From Pelistega sp. (GTDB taxonomy: Bacteria > Pseudomonadota > Gammaproteobacteria > Burkholderiales > Burkholderiaceae_B), in the NCBI GenBank assembly GCA_030538255.1, contig JAUNUI010000012.1, positions 17,490 through 81,489 of the forward strand: a DNA stretch of 64,000 nt. The letters run 5' to 3'. Numbering within the stretch: the first letter of the stretch is position 1; the number at the start of each line of letters is the position of its first letter. Positions 28,898 to 38,758 of the stretch are shown here, piece after piece. The notes under the pieces were generated by a model. That model saw nothing but the letters and a program-made list of their open reading frames with translations, did not search any database and was not told where the DNA came from. Position numbers and translations under genes: made by a program.

Positions 28898-30088
28898 TTA
28901 AAATGTATCGCCAGGTACGCGTACCCAACCTTCCATAATAATACGTGCGCTACGGCTCATAATGGCTTTAGTCACGATCCATTGACCATCGACTTGAGCC
29001 GCTTGTGCACCTACGCGTAAAGTACCTGATGGGTGACCGAAGCGTACCGCTTCACGCTCGCCACCACCCGCAGCTAAGTTCACTAAGGTGCCAGGAATCG
29101 CTGCCGCTGTACCAATCGCCACCGCCGCTGTACCCATCATGGCATGGTGTAACTTACCCATGGATAAGGCACGCACTACGAGATCGATATCTTGGGCCTG
29201 CACTGCTTTACCACTTGAAGCCACGTAGTCTTTCGGTGGTGCAACGAAAGCCACCTTAGGTGTGTGCTGGCGGGTTGACGCTTCAGCGATATCTTTGATT
29301 AAGCCCATACGTACGGCTCCATGAGCACGAATGGTTTCGAACATGGCTAAGGCTTTTTCATTATTATTAATATCGTCTTGTAACTCGGTGCCGGCATAAT
29401 CAATTTCTTGGGCATTAATAAAGATAGTCGGGATACCGGCATTAATCATGGTTGCTTTCAAGGTGCCCACGCCTGGCACTTCGAGCTCATCTACGATATT
29501 GCCTGTGGGGAACATGGCGCCGCCATCTTCACCATCATCGGCAGGATCGATAAATTCAAGTTGTACTTCGGCAGCCGGGAAAGTCACACCGTCAAGCTCA
29601 AAATCACCAGTTTCTTGGACTTCACCATTAGTGATTTGGATATGTGCCACAATGCTTTTTTGAATATTTGCTTGCCAGATACGTACGGTGCAAAGTCCAT
29701 TCTCCGGAATGCGAGCGGCATCCACTAAGCCTGCATTAATCGCGAAAGCACCCACGGCAGCGGATAAATTACCGCAGTTTCCGCTCCAATCAACGAAAGG
29801 CTTATCAATCGACACTTGACCAAAGAGATAATCCACATCATGCGCTTCCTGAGTCGATTTGCTCAGAATCACGGCCTTACTGGTTGACGATGAGGCATTG
29901 CCCAAGCCATCAATTTGCTTACCATACGGGTCTGGACTACCGAGGACACGTAAGAGAATCTTGTCACGCGCTTCGCCAGGCACTTGGGCGGCTAAGGGTA
30001 GATCGCTGAGTTTAAAAAAAACACCTTTCGATGTGCCACCGCGCATATAGGTTGCGGGGATTTTAATTTGGGCAGGAAATTGACTCAT
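28898..30088 (-). CDS. prpF: 2-methylaconitate cis-trans isomerase PrpF
   Basis: IPATYMRGGTSKGVFF... 396 aa, directly downstream of acnD. Confidence 0.9.
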   Translation of the reverse strand: MSQFPAQIKIPATYMRGGTSKGVFFKLSDLPLAAQVPGEARDKILLRVLGSPDPYGKQIDGLGNASSSTSKAVILSKSTQEAHDVDYLFGQVSIDKPFVDWSGNCGNLSAAVGAFAINAGLVDAARIPENGLCTVRIWQANIQKSIVAHIQITNGEVQETGDFELDGVTFPAAEVQLEFIDPADDGEDGGAMFPTGNIVDELEVPGVGTLKATMINAGIPTIFINAQEIDYAGTELQDDINNNEKALAMFETIRAHGAVRMGLIKDIAEASTRQHTPKVAFVAPPKDYVASSGKAVQAQDIDLVVRALSMGKLHHAMMGTAAVAIGTAAAIPGTLVNLAAGGGEREAVRFGHPSGTLRVGAQAAQVDGQWIVTKAIMSRSARIIMEGWVRVPGDTF

Positions 30089-30170
30089 GGGCTTGTCCTC
30101 TTTGTCTTATGTTCTGTTCAGTTATAGCTTACCGTAATCACATCATATTCAGATAGGTTTTAGCTGAAAT

Positions 30171-30245
30171 TTTAGCTCAATCTTATCGCTTCATCTTTAG
30201 CTCAATCTTATCGCTCCATCTTTGGCTTAATCTTATCGCTTAAAT
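30171..30245. repeat. 25-nt x3 tandem repeat between acnD and prpF
   Basis: tttagctcaatcttatcgcttcatc / tttagctcaatcttatcgctccatc / tttggcttaatcttatcgcttaaat. Confidence 0.9.
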
Positions 30246-30304
30246 TAATCTACTCACGTTCAGCTAAACTCACTCTGTCTATCAATTAAATTCAAATAAA
30301 ATTT

Positions 30305-30336
30305 AGGGCTTACTTCATGTGATGAAAGTAAGCCCT
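30305..30336 (-). terminator. hairpin after acnD (candidate terminator/attenuator)
   Basis: AGGGCTTACTT...AAGTAAGCCCT, with an 11-bp stem. On the minus strand it is followed by AAATTTTATTT. Confidence 0.5.
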
Positions 30337-30408
30337 ATTTGCCTTTCGCTTGCTTTAAGTTTATATCAAGTCAAATAGCGATTTAACTTAATACATCACG
30401 CTTAAAGC

Positions 30409-33006
30409 TTATGCGTTACCTTCAAGGAAGTCTTGGGCAAAGCGTTGTAATACGCCACCTGCTTCATAGATACTCACTTCCTCAGCGGTATCTAAGCGGC
30501 AAGTCACAGGGACTTCAACGGTTTCACCATTCTGACGATGAATCACTAAGGTCAAATCGCAACGTGCTTCACGCTGACCGATAACATCGTAAGTTTCCGT
30601 GCCATCAAGACCCAATGTCTTACGGTTAACGCCTTCTTTAAATTGCAGCGGTAATACACCCATGCCAATCAAATTGGTACGGTGAATGCGCTCAAAGCCT
30701 TCGGCCACAATCGCTTCTACACCCGCTAAGCGTACACCCTTAGCCGCCCAGTCACGGCTAGAGCCTTGGCCATAGTCAGCACCCGCGATAATGATCAACG
30801 GTTGCTTGCGCTCCATATAGGTTTCAATCGCTTCCCACATGCGGCTAACCTTACCTTCAGGTTCAATACGCGCAAGCGATCCCTGCTTCACGCTACCATC
30901 GTCATTACGAACCATCTCGTTAAAGAGTTTAGGGTTAGCAAAGGTGGCGCGTTGAGCGGTTAGGTGGTCACCACGGTGCGTCGCGTAAGAGTTAAAGTCC
31001 TCTTCAGGCAAGCCCATCTTGGCTAAGTATTCACCTGCTGCACTACTAGCTAAAATAGCATTCGATGGAGATAAGTGATCGGTCGTAATATTGTCACCTA
31101 ACAAGGCCAATGGACGCATGCCTTTTAAGCTACGCTCACCCGCTAATGCGCCTTCCCAATAAGGTGGACGGCGAATATAGGTCGACATTGGACGCCAATC
31201 GTATAGAGGACTCTTAGCTTTCTCAGTCGCGTCTTGGGCAAACATAGGAATATAAACATCACGGAACTGTTGTGGTTTCACAAATTTCGCCACGATCTCA
31301 TCGATTTCTTCATCGCTCGGCCAGATATCTTGTAGACGAACAGGCTTACCATCCACCACACCTAGAGCATCTTTCTCAATATCAAAGCGAATACTACCCG
31401 CGATGGCATACGCAACAACCAGTGGTGGTGAAGCCAAGAAAGCTTGCTTAGCATAAGGGTGAATACGACCGTCAAAGTTACGGTTGCCGGATAAGACAGC
31501 TGTACTGTATAAGTCACGATCGATAATTTCTTGTTGAATCGCTGGGTCTAAGGCACCGCTCATACCGTTACAGGTCGTACACGCAAAGCCGACAATACCA
31601 AAACCTAATTGCTCAAGCTCGCTGAGTAGGCCAGATTCTTGCAAATACAGCTCAGCCACTTTAGAGCCTGGGGCAAATGAGGTCTTGACCCAAGGTTTAC
31701 GTGTTAAACCAAGTTCATTGGCTTTACGAGCTAGGAGTGCCGCAGCGACAACGTTACGTGGGTTCGAGGTATTCGTACAGCTGGTAATCGCCGCAATAAT
31801 CACAGCACCATCAGGCATTTTGCCGTCAGCTGGCTCCTCGTAAGCTTTCGCGAGGCCTTTTTCCGCTAAATCCGTGGTGGAAAAACGTGCATGTGGATTC
31901 GAAGGACCAGCCATATTGCGTCCGACACTTGATAGGTCAAATGTCAATACGCGCTCGTAATACGCATCGCGCATATCATCGGCCCATAAGCCTGCTGCCT
32001 TGGCATATTTCTCAACTAAAGCCACTTGCTCAGCATCACGGCCTGTTAGGGTTAAATAGTCTAGGGTCTGTTGATCGATGTAGAACATCGCGGCTGTCGC
32101 GCCATATTCTGGCGTCATATTAGAGATCGTAGCACGGTCACCAATACTTAGACTCGCGGCACCTTCACCGAAGAATTCAACATAAGCACCGACCACACGC
32201 TCTTTACGTAAGAATTCGGTTAAGGCTAAAACAATATCAGTCGCTGTAATACCAGGCTGACGATGGCCTGTTAATTTCACTCCAACAATATCAGGCAAGC
32301 GCATCATTGAGGCACGGCCAAGCATTACCGTCTCGGCTTCAAGACCGCCAACACCGACAGAGATCACGCCTAGCGCATCAACGTGCGGTGTGTGACTATC
32401 GGTACCCACACAGGTATCTGGGAAGGCCACACCATTACGCACTTGAATCACAGGTGACATCTTCTCCAAGTTAATTTGGTGCATAATGCCGTTACCCGCT
32501 GGGATCACGTCAACGTTCTCAAAGGCAGTCTTGGTCCAGTTAATAAAATGAAAACGGTCTTCGTTACGACGGTCTTCAATATCACGGTTCTTCTGGAAAG
32601 CATCCGGATCAAAACCGCCACACTCCACAGCTAAAGAGTGGTCAACAATTAATTGTGTCTGTACCACAGGGTTCACTTTAGACGGGTCACCACCCTTATC
32701 CGCAATCGCATCACGTAGACCAGCCAAGTCCACTAAAGCGGTCTGGCCAAGAATATCGTGACAGACTACGCGTGCTGGATACCAAGGGAAGTCAATTTCT
32801 TGCTTACGCTCAATCAATTGGCTTAGCCAAGAATTTAAGGTTTCTTGATCGACATTAGAGGCGCGATTTACTAAATTCTCAGCATGAATTTTCGAGGTGT
32901 ATGGCAGCTTCTCATAAGCGCCCTCTTGAATCGCGTTAACAGCGGCACGTGCATCGTAATAGTGCAAGTCAGTGCCAGGTAAAGCTTTGCGAAATTGTGT
33001 ATTCAT
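30409..33006 (-). CDS. acnD: Fe/S-dependent 2-methylcitrate dehydratase AcnD (aconitase family)
   Basis: 865 aa. N-terminus MNTQFRKALPGTDLHYYDARAAV...LPYTSKIHAENLV and the aconitase Cys ligand context (TSCTN, ACTTCNG). Confidence 0.9.
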   Translation of the reverse strand: MNTQFRKALPGTDLHYYDARAAVNAIQEGAYEKLPYTSKIHAENLVNRASNVDQETLNSWLSQLIERKQEIDFPWYPARVVCHDILGQTALVDLAGLRDAIADKGGDPSKVNPVVQTQLIVDHSLAVECGGFDPDAFQKNRDIEDRRNEDRFHFINWTKTAFENVDVIPAGNGIMHQINLEKMSPVIQVRNGVAFPDTCVGTDSHTPHVDALGVISVGVGGLEAETVMLGRASMMRLPDIVGVKLTGHRQPGITATDIVLALTEFLRKERVVGAYVEFFGEGAASLSIGDRATISNMTPEYGATAAMFYIDQQTLDYLTLTGRDAEQVALVEKYAKAAGLWADDMRDAYYERVLTFDLSSVGRNMAGPSNPHARFSTTDLAEKGLAKAYEEPADGKMPDGAVIIAAITSCTNTSNPRNVVAAALLARKANELGLTRKPWVKTSFAPGSKVAELYLQESGLLSELEQLGFGIVGFACTTCNGMSGALDPAIQQEIIDRDLYSTAVLSGNRNFDGRIHPYAKQAFLASPPLVVAYAIAGSIRFDIEKDALGVVDGKPVRLQDIWPSDEEIDEIVAKFVKPQQFRDVYIPMFAQDATEKAKSPLYDWRPMSTYIRRPPYWEGALAGERSLKGMRPLALLGDNITTDHLSPSNAILASSAAGEYLAKMGLPEEDFNSYATHRGDHLTAQRATFANPKLFNEMVRNDDGSVKQGSLARIEPEGKVSRMWEAIETYMERKQPLIIIAGADYGQGSSRDWAAKGVRLAGVEAIVAEGFERIHRTNLIGMGVLPLQFKEGVNRKTLGLDGTETYDVIGQREARCDLTLVIHRQNGETVEVPVTCRLDTAEEVSIYEAGGVLQRFAQDFLEGNA

Positions 33007-33105
33007 TGTGGTAACAATCCATCAAAGTTAAGAAATATTCTATTTCCTCTATTCTAGTCTTATATAAGACTTAGGGCAATCAGCAATTGCCCTATTATGG
33101 AAGTT

Positions 33106-33139
33106 TTTTCAAAAAAGCTGACACATGGTCAGCTTTTTA
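33106..33139. terminator. bidirectional rho-independent terminator
   Basis: AAAAAAGCTGAC acatg GTCAGCTTTTT. A second hairpin, AGGGCAAT cagc AATTGCCCT, lies at about 33073-33093. Confidence 0.7.
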
Positions 33140-33151
33140 GGGGAAATAATA

Positions 33152-33766
33152 TTAGACGGGTAAGCCTTCAGCATTACGAACAGCCTCGACACCAGCGTTC
33201 GAGCTGACGCGTTGGTAAAAGAGTGCCAAATTCGGGAAGCCGCTTAAATCTAATCCCAATGCGCGCGCCCAACGCAGAGTCACGTAAATATACACGTCAG
33301 CAATCGTAATCTCATCACCCGTTACATAGTCACGGCCCGTTAATTGAGTCTCGACTTGTTGGTACATACGTAAGATATTTTGACGTAAACTCTCTTGTAA
33401 AGCCGATTTGCCCGCCTCATCCAAGGTATCTGGCGCATGGAATAACGGTGAGAAAGACTTATGTAAATCCGAGTTCGCAAAACTTAACCAACGCACGGCA
33501 AGTGCTCTGGCTTGCGCATCACCCGAGCCGAATAACTTGGCTTCAGGGTGCAACTGGTCAATGTAATAAAGAATAGCGACGTTCTGTGATAGAGCGAAGT
33601 CACCATCGACTAATAAAGGCACCGAGCCTTGAGGGTTTAGCGCTAAATACTCTGGCGATTTAATAAATTCACGCGATGCGCTCTCTGCCTCATATGGCTT
33701 ACCCACCCATTCAAGCGCAGTATGTGGAACCATTGAGCAAGCGCCATTTAAATAGTACAGTTTCAT
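33152..33766 (-). CDS. glutathione S-transferase
   Basis: MKLYYLNGACS...NPQGSVPLL, with an N-terminal thioredoxin-like and a C-terminal helical GST domain. I prefer the start at MKLYY (33766) to 33781. Confidence 0.8.
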   Translation of the reverse strand: MKLYYLNGACSMVPHTALEWVGKPYEAESASREFIKSPEYLALNPQGSVPLLVDGDFALSQNVAILYYIDQLHPEAKLFGSGDAQARALAVRWLSFANSDLHKSFSPLFHAPDTLDEAGKSALQESLRQNILRMYQQVETQLTGRDYVTGDEITIADVYIYVTLRWARALGLDLSGFPNLALFYQRVSSNAGVEAVRNAEGLPV

Positions 33767-34023
33767 ATCAAACCTCAGCAAAATTTATCCCAATTAAGGG
33801 GTTAATGTACGATGTTTCACAATTAATACCGCACCGACAGCATGCTTCATCATATCCCATGCGAATGGCGTAAAAAGCGACCGTGGTTTATGTGCACGTA
33901 TTCTTTATGTGCCTACCGCTAAAGCCTAGAATATAAGCGGCGGCGACAATAATTGTGTACCTGAATATGATAAGCCGAGATTAGCACAAAAGGCAGAATT
34001 TAGCTGCTTAAGTGCGTAATGAA

Positions 34024-34047
34024 ATATGACCAGAGATATGACCAGAG
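34024..34047. repeat. 12-nt x2 tandem duplication downstream of yggS
   Basis: atatgaccagag occurs twice. Confidence 0.85.
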
Positions 34048-34076
34048 TTTTCGTGGGAAAAAGCGCCGCTTAGTGC

Positions 34077-34838
34077 TTAGTTTATTCCTGGCCAATAATG
34101 ACTATCAGGCAAGGCGCGGGCACCAAATAAGGCTTGACCAATTCGCACGGTTGTTGCCCCCTCTTCAATGGCAATTTCAAAGTCACCTGACATGCCCATG
34201 GATAAATCATCTAAGCGCATATGTTCGGGGAGATTAGTTTGCATCTGCTCACGTAATTGACGCAATAACACAAAGCATTGGCGTACTTTCACGGGGTCAC
34301 CCGACAGAATCGCTAAGGTCATCAAGCCCTTCACGCGAATTCGCTTTAAGTCTTTAATACTTTGAATAAAATCTGCCAACTCTTGCGGTGCGAGACCATA
34401 CTTACTCTCTTCACCTGAGGTATTGATTTGAATATGCACATCCAGATAACGATCTTCAATTTCTAGTCGTGCATCTAAGAGCTCTGCCACACGTAGGCTG
34501 TCAAGCGCTTGAAACTCAGAAGCAAAACGCGCCACATACTTCACTTTATTGGTTTGCAAATGACCGATCACCGCCCAATGCAAATTTAAGTCTTGCATGG
34601 CATCCGCCTTAGTCTGGGCCTCTTGGACTTTATTCTCACCAAATTGTGAATAGCCAAGACTAGCGACCATGCGAATCCGTTCTTCATCTACCGTCTTACT
34701 AACGGGCAAAAGGCGTACCGTCCCTGGGTCACGCCCCACCCGCTCGCAAGCCTGAACGATACGCGCTTGGATCTGCGCAAAGTTCTCTCGAAACTCCTCA
34801 AGACTAGTCGCTTTGGGATAAACAGGACGCTGTAGCAT
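34077..34838 (-). CDS. yggS: YggS-family pyridoxal-phosphate homeostasis protein
   Basis: ...VRLLPVSKTV (PLP lysine)...HWAVIGHLQTNKVK...SMGMSGDFEIAIEEGAT.VRIG. Confidence 0.9.
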   Translation of the reverse strand: MLQRPVYPKATSLEEFRENFAQIQARIVQACERVGRDPGTVRLLPVSKTVDEERIRMVASLGYSQFGENKVQEAQTKADAMQDLNLHWAVIGHLQTNKVKYVARFASEFQALDSLRVAELLDARLEIEDRYLDVHIQINTSGEESKYGLAPQELADFIQSIKDLKRIRVKGLMTLAILSGDPVKVRQCFVLLRQLREQMQTNLPEHMRLDDLSMGMSGDFEIAIEEGATTVRIGQALFGARALPDSHYWPGIN

Positions 34839-35177
34839 AGGACTCTCACAAGGATTGAAGGGAAAAAGGCTTAAGGCAGCAATAGTCTGCGGACATGCAA
34901 AGTTTAGCTACGCCGACTTTCACAAAAATTTGAGGAAGCAAGTGTTTAAGGTGCAAGTCGAGCAATTAGCAAACTCAAGTTCATCTTAATGCATTTTACA
35001 GCTTAGGTCTTGTATACCATCGAATTGCTTAGGGATGCTTAGGTATGGTGAATTTTTGAAGAGTAGATAATTCAAACCTTATAGCAACTCACAAATTAAT
35101 CTTAGCTTGATTTACTATTGACTATTGCGCTCCTAATTACCGCTCATAAGCTAATATCACACTAAGATGAGACAAAA

Positions 35178-36548
35178 ATGAAACCTCAGCTAATACTTAA
35201 TCAATCTCTTGCTAATTGGATAACTCAATTCCCCTTAATTCAATCCCTCACTGACTACGCCGAAACCAGTTGGTTTAACCCAGCGATTAAAACGAGTCCT
35301 GAAGGGCTGAGCCATGTGGGTTTAAATAAGCTTGATATTGATGAAGCAGCGGCAAGACTTGAGCGCTTTGCCCCCTTGATCCAAGTCTTATTTCCTGAAA
35401 CCGCTGCATCCAAAGGTATTATTGAATCACCTCTTGTCCCTATCAGTCATATGCAGGCGTACTTGGATAAAAACTTGAAGAAAGATTTAAGTTTAAATAT
35501 TTCAAGCAAGCTACTCTTGAAGCAAGACAGTGAGTTACCTATCTCGGGCTCTATTAAGGCTCGTGGGGGTATTTATGAGGTGCTGTTTCATGCCGAGCGC
35601 TTGGCTTTGGAAGCGAAGCTACTTAAGGAAAGTGACAACTACGCCATTCTTGCCTCCGCGCCTTTTAAAACATTCTTCGCGCAGCATTCTATTGCTGTGG
35701 GCTCAACAGGTAATCTCGGTTTATCAATTGGCATCATGAGTGCTAAATTGGGCTTTAAGGCGATTGTCCATATGTCGACTGAAGCGCGTCAATGGAAGAA
35801 AGATAAGTTACGTGAGCAAGGGGTTACGGTGGTCGAGCATACATCAGACTATAGTGCCGCGGTGGCCGCTGGTCGCGCCGAAGCGGCACAAGATCCCAAC
35901 TGCCACTTTATTGATGACGAGAACTCTACACGATTGTTTCTCGGTTATGCCGTTGCGGCAAGACGATTAAGACAGCAACTGGAAGCTATGCATATTGTTG
36001 TCGATGCTGAACACCCACTCTTCGTCTATCTGCCTTGTGGCGTGGGCGGCGGTCCTGGCGGCGTTGCTTTCGGTTTAAAGACAGAGTTTGCGGATCATGT
36101 ACATTGTATCTTTGCCGAACCCACGCATAGTCCCGCCATGTTTTTAGGTGTTTATACAGGCAAGCATGATGAGATATCCGTGCAGGATTTTGGGATTGAT
36201 AATGTGACGATTGCGGATGGTTTAGCTTGCGGCCGCCCCTCAGGGTTTGTCGGCAAGGCCATGCAATACCTCATTGATGGCTATTATACGGTGAGTGATC
36301 AACACTTAAGTCAGCTGCTCTATGCACTCCATCAGCAGGAAGGAATTTTCATTGAGCCGTCTTCAGCGGCAAGCTTAGGCGGTCTCGCACATGTCTTAAG
36401 TGACACATCGTATGTAGAACGTATGGGCTTAACACCAGAGAGATTAGCGCAAGCAACACATATTGCATGGGCCACAGGTGGCTCTATGGTGCCGCACCTT
36501 GATAAGGAAAGCTATATTCAACAAGGCAAAGTGTCACGCACCCTCTAA
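35178..36548 (+). CDS. dsdA: D-serine ammonia-lyase
   Basis: Near-colinear with my recollection of E. coli DsdA: [72 protein letters not shown]. Confidence 0.95.
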   Translation: MKPQLILNQSLANWITQFPLIQSLTDYAETSWFNPAIKTSPEGLSHVGLNKLDIDEAAARLERFAPLIQVLFPETAASKGIIESPLVPISHMQAYLDKNLKKDLSLNISSKLLLKQDSELPISGSIKARGGIYEVLFHAERLALEAKLLKESDNYAILASAPFKTFFAQHSIAVGSTGNLGLSIGIMSAKLGFKAIVHMSTEARQWKKDKLREQGVTVVEHTSDYSAAVAAGRAEAAQDPNCHFIDDENSTRLFLGYAVAARRLRQQLEAMHIVVDAEHPLFVYLPCGVGGGPGGVAFGLKTEFADHVHCIFAEPTHSPAMFLGVYTGKHDEISVQDFGIDNVTIADGLACGRPSGFVGKAMQYLIDGYYTVSDQHLSQLLYALHQQEGIFIEPSSAASLGGLAHVLSDTSYVERMGLTPERLAQATHIAWATGGSMVPHLDKESYIQQGKVSRTL

Positions 36549-36604
36549 AACCTCACTTGTTGCAAAAAAAAAACATCACTCAGAAAATAATTCGTGCAAT
36601 AGTC

Positions 36605-36633
36605 TTGACACAAATCGCAAAAAGGCCCATAAT
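36605..36633 (+). promoter_or_regulatory. sigma70-type promoter for tRNA-Lys
   Basis: TTGACA (36605-36610), 17-nt spacer, CATAAT (36628-36633). It ends about 13 nt before the mature tRNA 5' end. Confidence 0.6.
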
Positions 36634-36646
36634 TATATTCTTTCAC

Positions 36647-36722
36647 GGGCTGGTAGCTCAGCCGGTAGAGCAGCGGACTTTTAATCCGTTGGTCCCGGGT
36701 TCGAATCCCGGCCAGCCCACCA
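36647..36722 (+). tRNA. tRNA-Lys (anticodon UUU)
   Basis: Hand-folded cloverleaf: acceptor GGGCTGG/CCAGCCC, D-arm GCTC..GAGC, anticodon arm GCGGA CTTTTAA TCCGT, T-arm CCGGG TTCGAAT CCCGG, encoded CCA. Confidence 0.95.
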
Positions 36723-36739
36723 TGAAAAACCATTAAATT

Positions 36740-36783
36740 AACCGCTTAGCATTTGCTCAAGCGGTTTTTTTATTTCTAATCGC
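36740..36783 (+). terminator. rho-independent terminator after tRNA-Lys
   Basis: AACCGCTT agcatttgctc AAGCGGTT followed by TTTTTTAT. Confidence 0.8.
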
Positions 36784-36836
36784 TAATTTAAGTAGGACAC
36801 TTTTAAGTGGTTTTTAGGTAGGGATTTATCGAACAC

Positions 36837-37712
36837 CTAATTCAAAGCCTGATTCTGATTAATCGCCTCTGCTCGACGCAAGCGGCGCCCTTGGCCAAAT
36901 GTTTTATATAAGCGGGCTAGTCGTGGGCGATGCAGTAACCATAATTTAAAAGCAAATCTCAGCGCACCAATATTCCCCACCCAGTTACGGTAGATATGAC
37001 TTGTCTGTTCTCCTGCCACATTCACCCCATTGCTATCGGTGGCATAGAGATACTGAAACCCCTGCTCTTGAGCTATTTGCACATATTCAGGCTCATAGTA
37101 ACCTTGTGGCCAACAATAATGCTCACTGACAAAGCCTAATTGCTCACGCAAAATTTCTTTGCTCTGCTCCATCTCATGCAAGATTGCCGCTAGCTTACCT
37201 TCTTGATTTAATTGCTTATCCCAGCGGATATGGGTATGGCTATGACTATGAAATTCAAACGTCTTCTCATCATACATGCGACGCACTTCTTCCCAACGCA
37301 CAATAACCTCATCCGTCCGAGCATTATTTAAGCGCTGTTTACACTCATCATGTGTCGGACAGAATGGATAGGCCTGACTACCGTCAAGTGATGGCCGGGC
37401 CTCCTCATCATGCACCCAGCTAGTCACCAAGAACATGTGCGCCTTGAGTTTATATTTCTTCAAGATAGCATGCGCATAGACATAATTATCTAAGTAACCA
37501 TCATCGAACGTCAGCAACACCGACTTCTCAGGCACAGGTTTGCCATTTAAAAAGTCAGCGAATTGTTGGCTACTCAGCGTCGTATAACCATGATTGACCA
37601 GATAAGCCATCTGCGCCTCAAAGTTCTTCGGTGTGCAATTTAACACGCCCCCCGCAGGCGTCACGTGGTGATACATTAAGACGGGAACCAGCTTGGCAAA
37701 TTTGACAGTCAT
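36837..37712 (-). CDS. polysaccharide deacetylase (CE4, PgaB/IcaB-like N-terminal layout), no signal peptide
   Basis: PVLMYHHV...EKSVLLTFDDGY...FEFHSHSHTH. Trp/Arg-rich basic C-terminal tail. Paralogue of the next gene. Confidence 0.8.
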   Translation of the reverse strand: MTVKFAKLVPVLMYHHVTPAGGVLNCTPKNFEAQMAYLVNHGYTTLSSQQFADFLNGKPVPEKSVLLTFDDGYLDNYVYAHAILKKYKLKAHMFLVTSWVHDEEARPSLDGSQAYPFCPTHDECKQRLNNARTDEVIVRWEEVRRMYDEKTFEFHSHSHTHIRWDKQLNQEGKLAAILHEMEQSKEILREQLGFVSEHYCWPQGYYEPEYVQIAQEQGFQYLYATDSNGVNVAGEQTSHIYRNWVGNIGALRFAFKLWLLHRPRLARLYKTFGQGRRLRRAEAINQNQALN

Positions 37713-37827
37713 TGTTAGTCACTAGACCTTAGGTTTATAGGGCAAGGGGGATTATAATTTGGTAAAAAGGCACTGCCTGAACTTATGCGACCAGCTACAG
37801 AAATCACGGAGTCTATAGCTTGAGCAA

Positions 37828-38706
37828 CTAAGCTCTCGCCAAGCGCTTTTGCTCACGCGCTCGCTTTTTCTTTAATTTATACTGATTGTACATAGGGCCA
37901 AAGCGTAAATGCATAGCCCACCATAAGCGATGTTGCAACCACCAAGCGCCACGATTGCGCGCAGCTATACGATAAATATGATCGCCTGGACCAAAAGGCT
38001 GATTCATGCCATAGGCTTCGGTTGTATACAAGTAGTGAAAGCCCAGTTCCTTGGCAATCTTGACGTAATCATCATCAAAATAACCTTGCGGCCAACAGAA
38101 GTGCTCACTCACTTCACCAAGGTTTTGTCTTAAGGCGTCTTGAGACTGCTGAAGATCTTGACGAATTTGCTCATTCTTCTTCGCGCCACCCTCTTCGCGA
38201 TCCCAACGGATATGCGTATTGGTATGGCTATGAAACTCGAAGGTGCCGCATGCTTGCATCTCGCGTATCTCAGACCAGCGCAGCATAACCTCGCCAGCGC
38301 GACCAGATTGAATAATTTCTTTGCACTCATAATGACCAGGGCTTGCGGGCAAGGAATGTCCACTCGCCATGGTTGGACGCACTTCGCCCTCTTGCATCAG
38401 TCCAGTGATAATAAACATTAGGGCATGTAAATTATATTTTTCTAAGATCGGATGGGCGTAGACAAAATTATTTAAATAACCATCGTCAAAAGTCAGCACA
38501 ACAGATTTCTCAGACACGGGCTTGCCTCGCATAAAATCAGCAAACTGTTGGCCACTTAAAGTAGTGAATCCTTGTTGAGCTAATGAGCGCATCTGTGACT
38601 CAAAATTCTTCACGCTACAGCTCAATGAACCACCTTGTGGCGTGACATGGTGATACATTAAGACAGGAACTGTCTGGGCAGTCTTAGAATTGGCTATCAT
38701 CTCCAT
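37828..38706 (-). CDS. polysaccharide deacetylase (CE4), paralogue
   Basis: PVLMYHHV...EKSVVLTFDDGY...FEFHSHTNTH. Tail WWLQHRLWWAMHLRF...KLKKKRAREQKRLARA. No signal peptide. Confidence 0.8.
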   Translation of the reverse strand: MEMIANSKTAQTVPVLMYHHVTPQGGSLSCSVKNFESQMRSLAQQGFTTLSGQQFADFMRGKPVSEKSVVLTFDDGYLNNFVYAHPILEKYNLHALMFIITGLMQEGEVRPTMASGHSLPASPGHYECKEIIQSGRAGEVMLRWSEIREMQACGTFEFHSHTNTHIRWDREEGGAKKNEQIRQDLQQSQDALRQNLGEVSEHFCWPQGYFDDDYVKIAKELGFHYLYTTEAYGMNQPFGPGDHIYRIAARNRGAWWLQHRLWWAMHLRFGPMYNQYKLKKKRAREQKRLARA

Positions 38707-38758
38707 ACTCCTAGCAAAGCTCTTCTACACTAGTAAGGCCCTTATCTTATCTGTCCTT

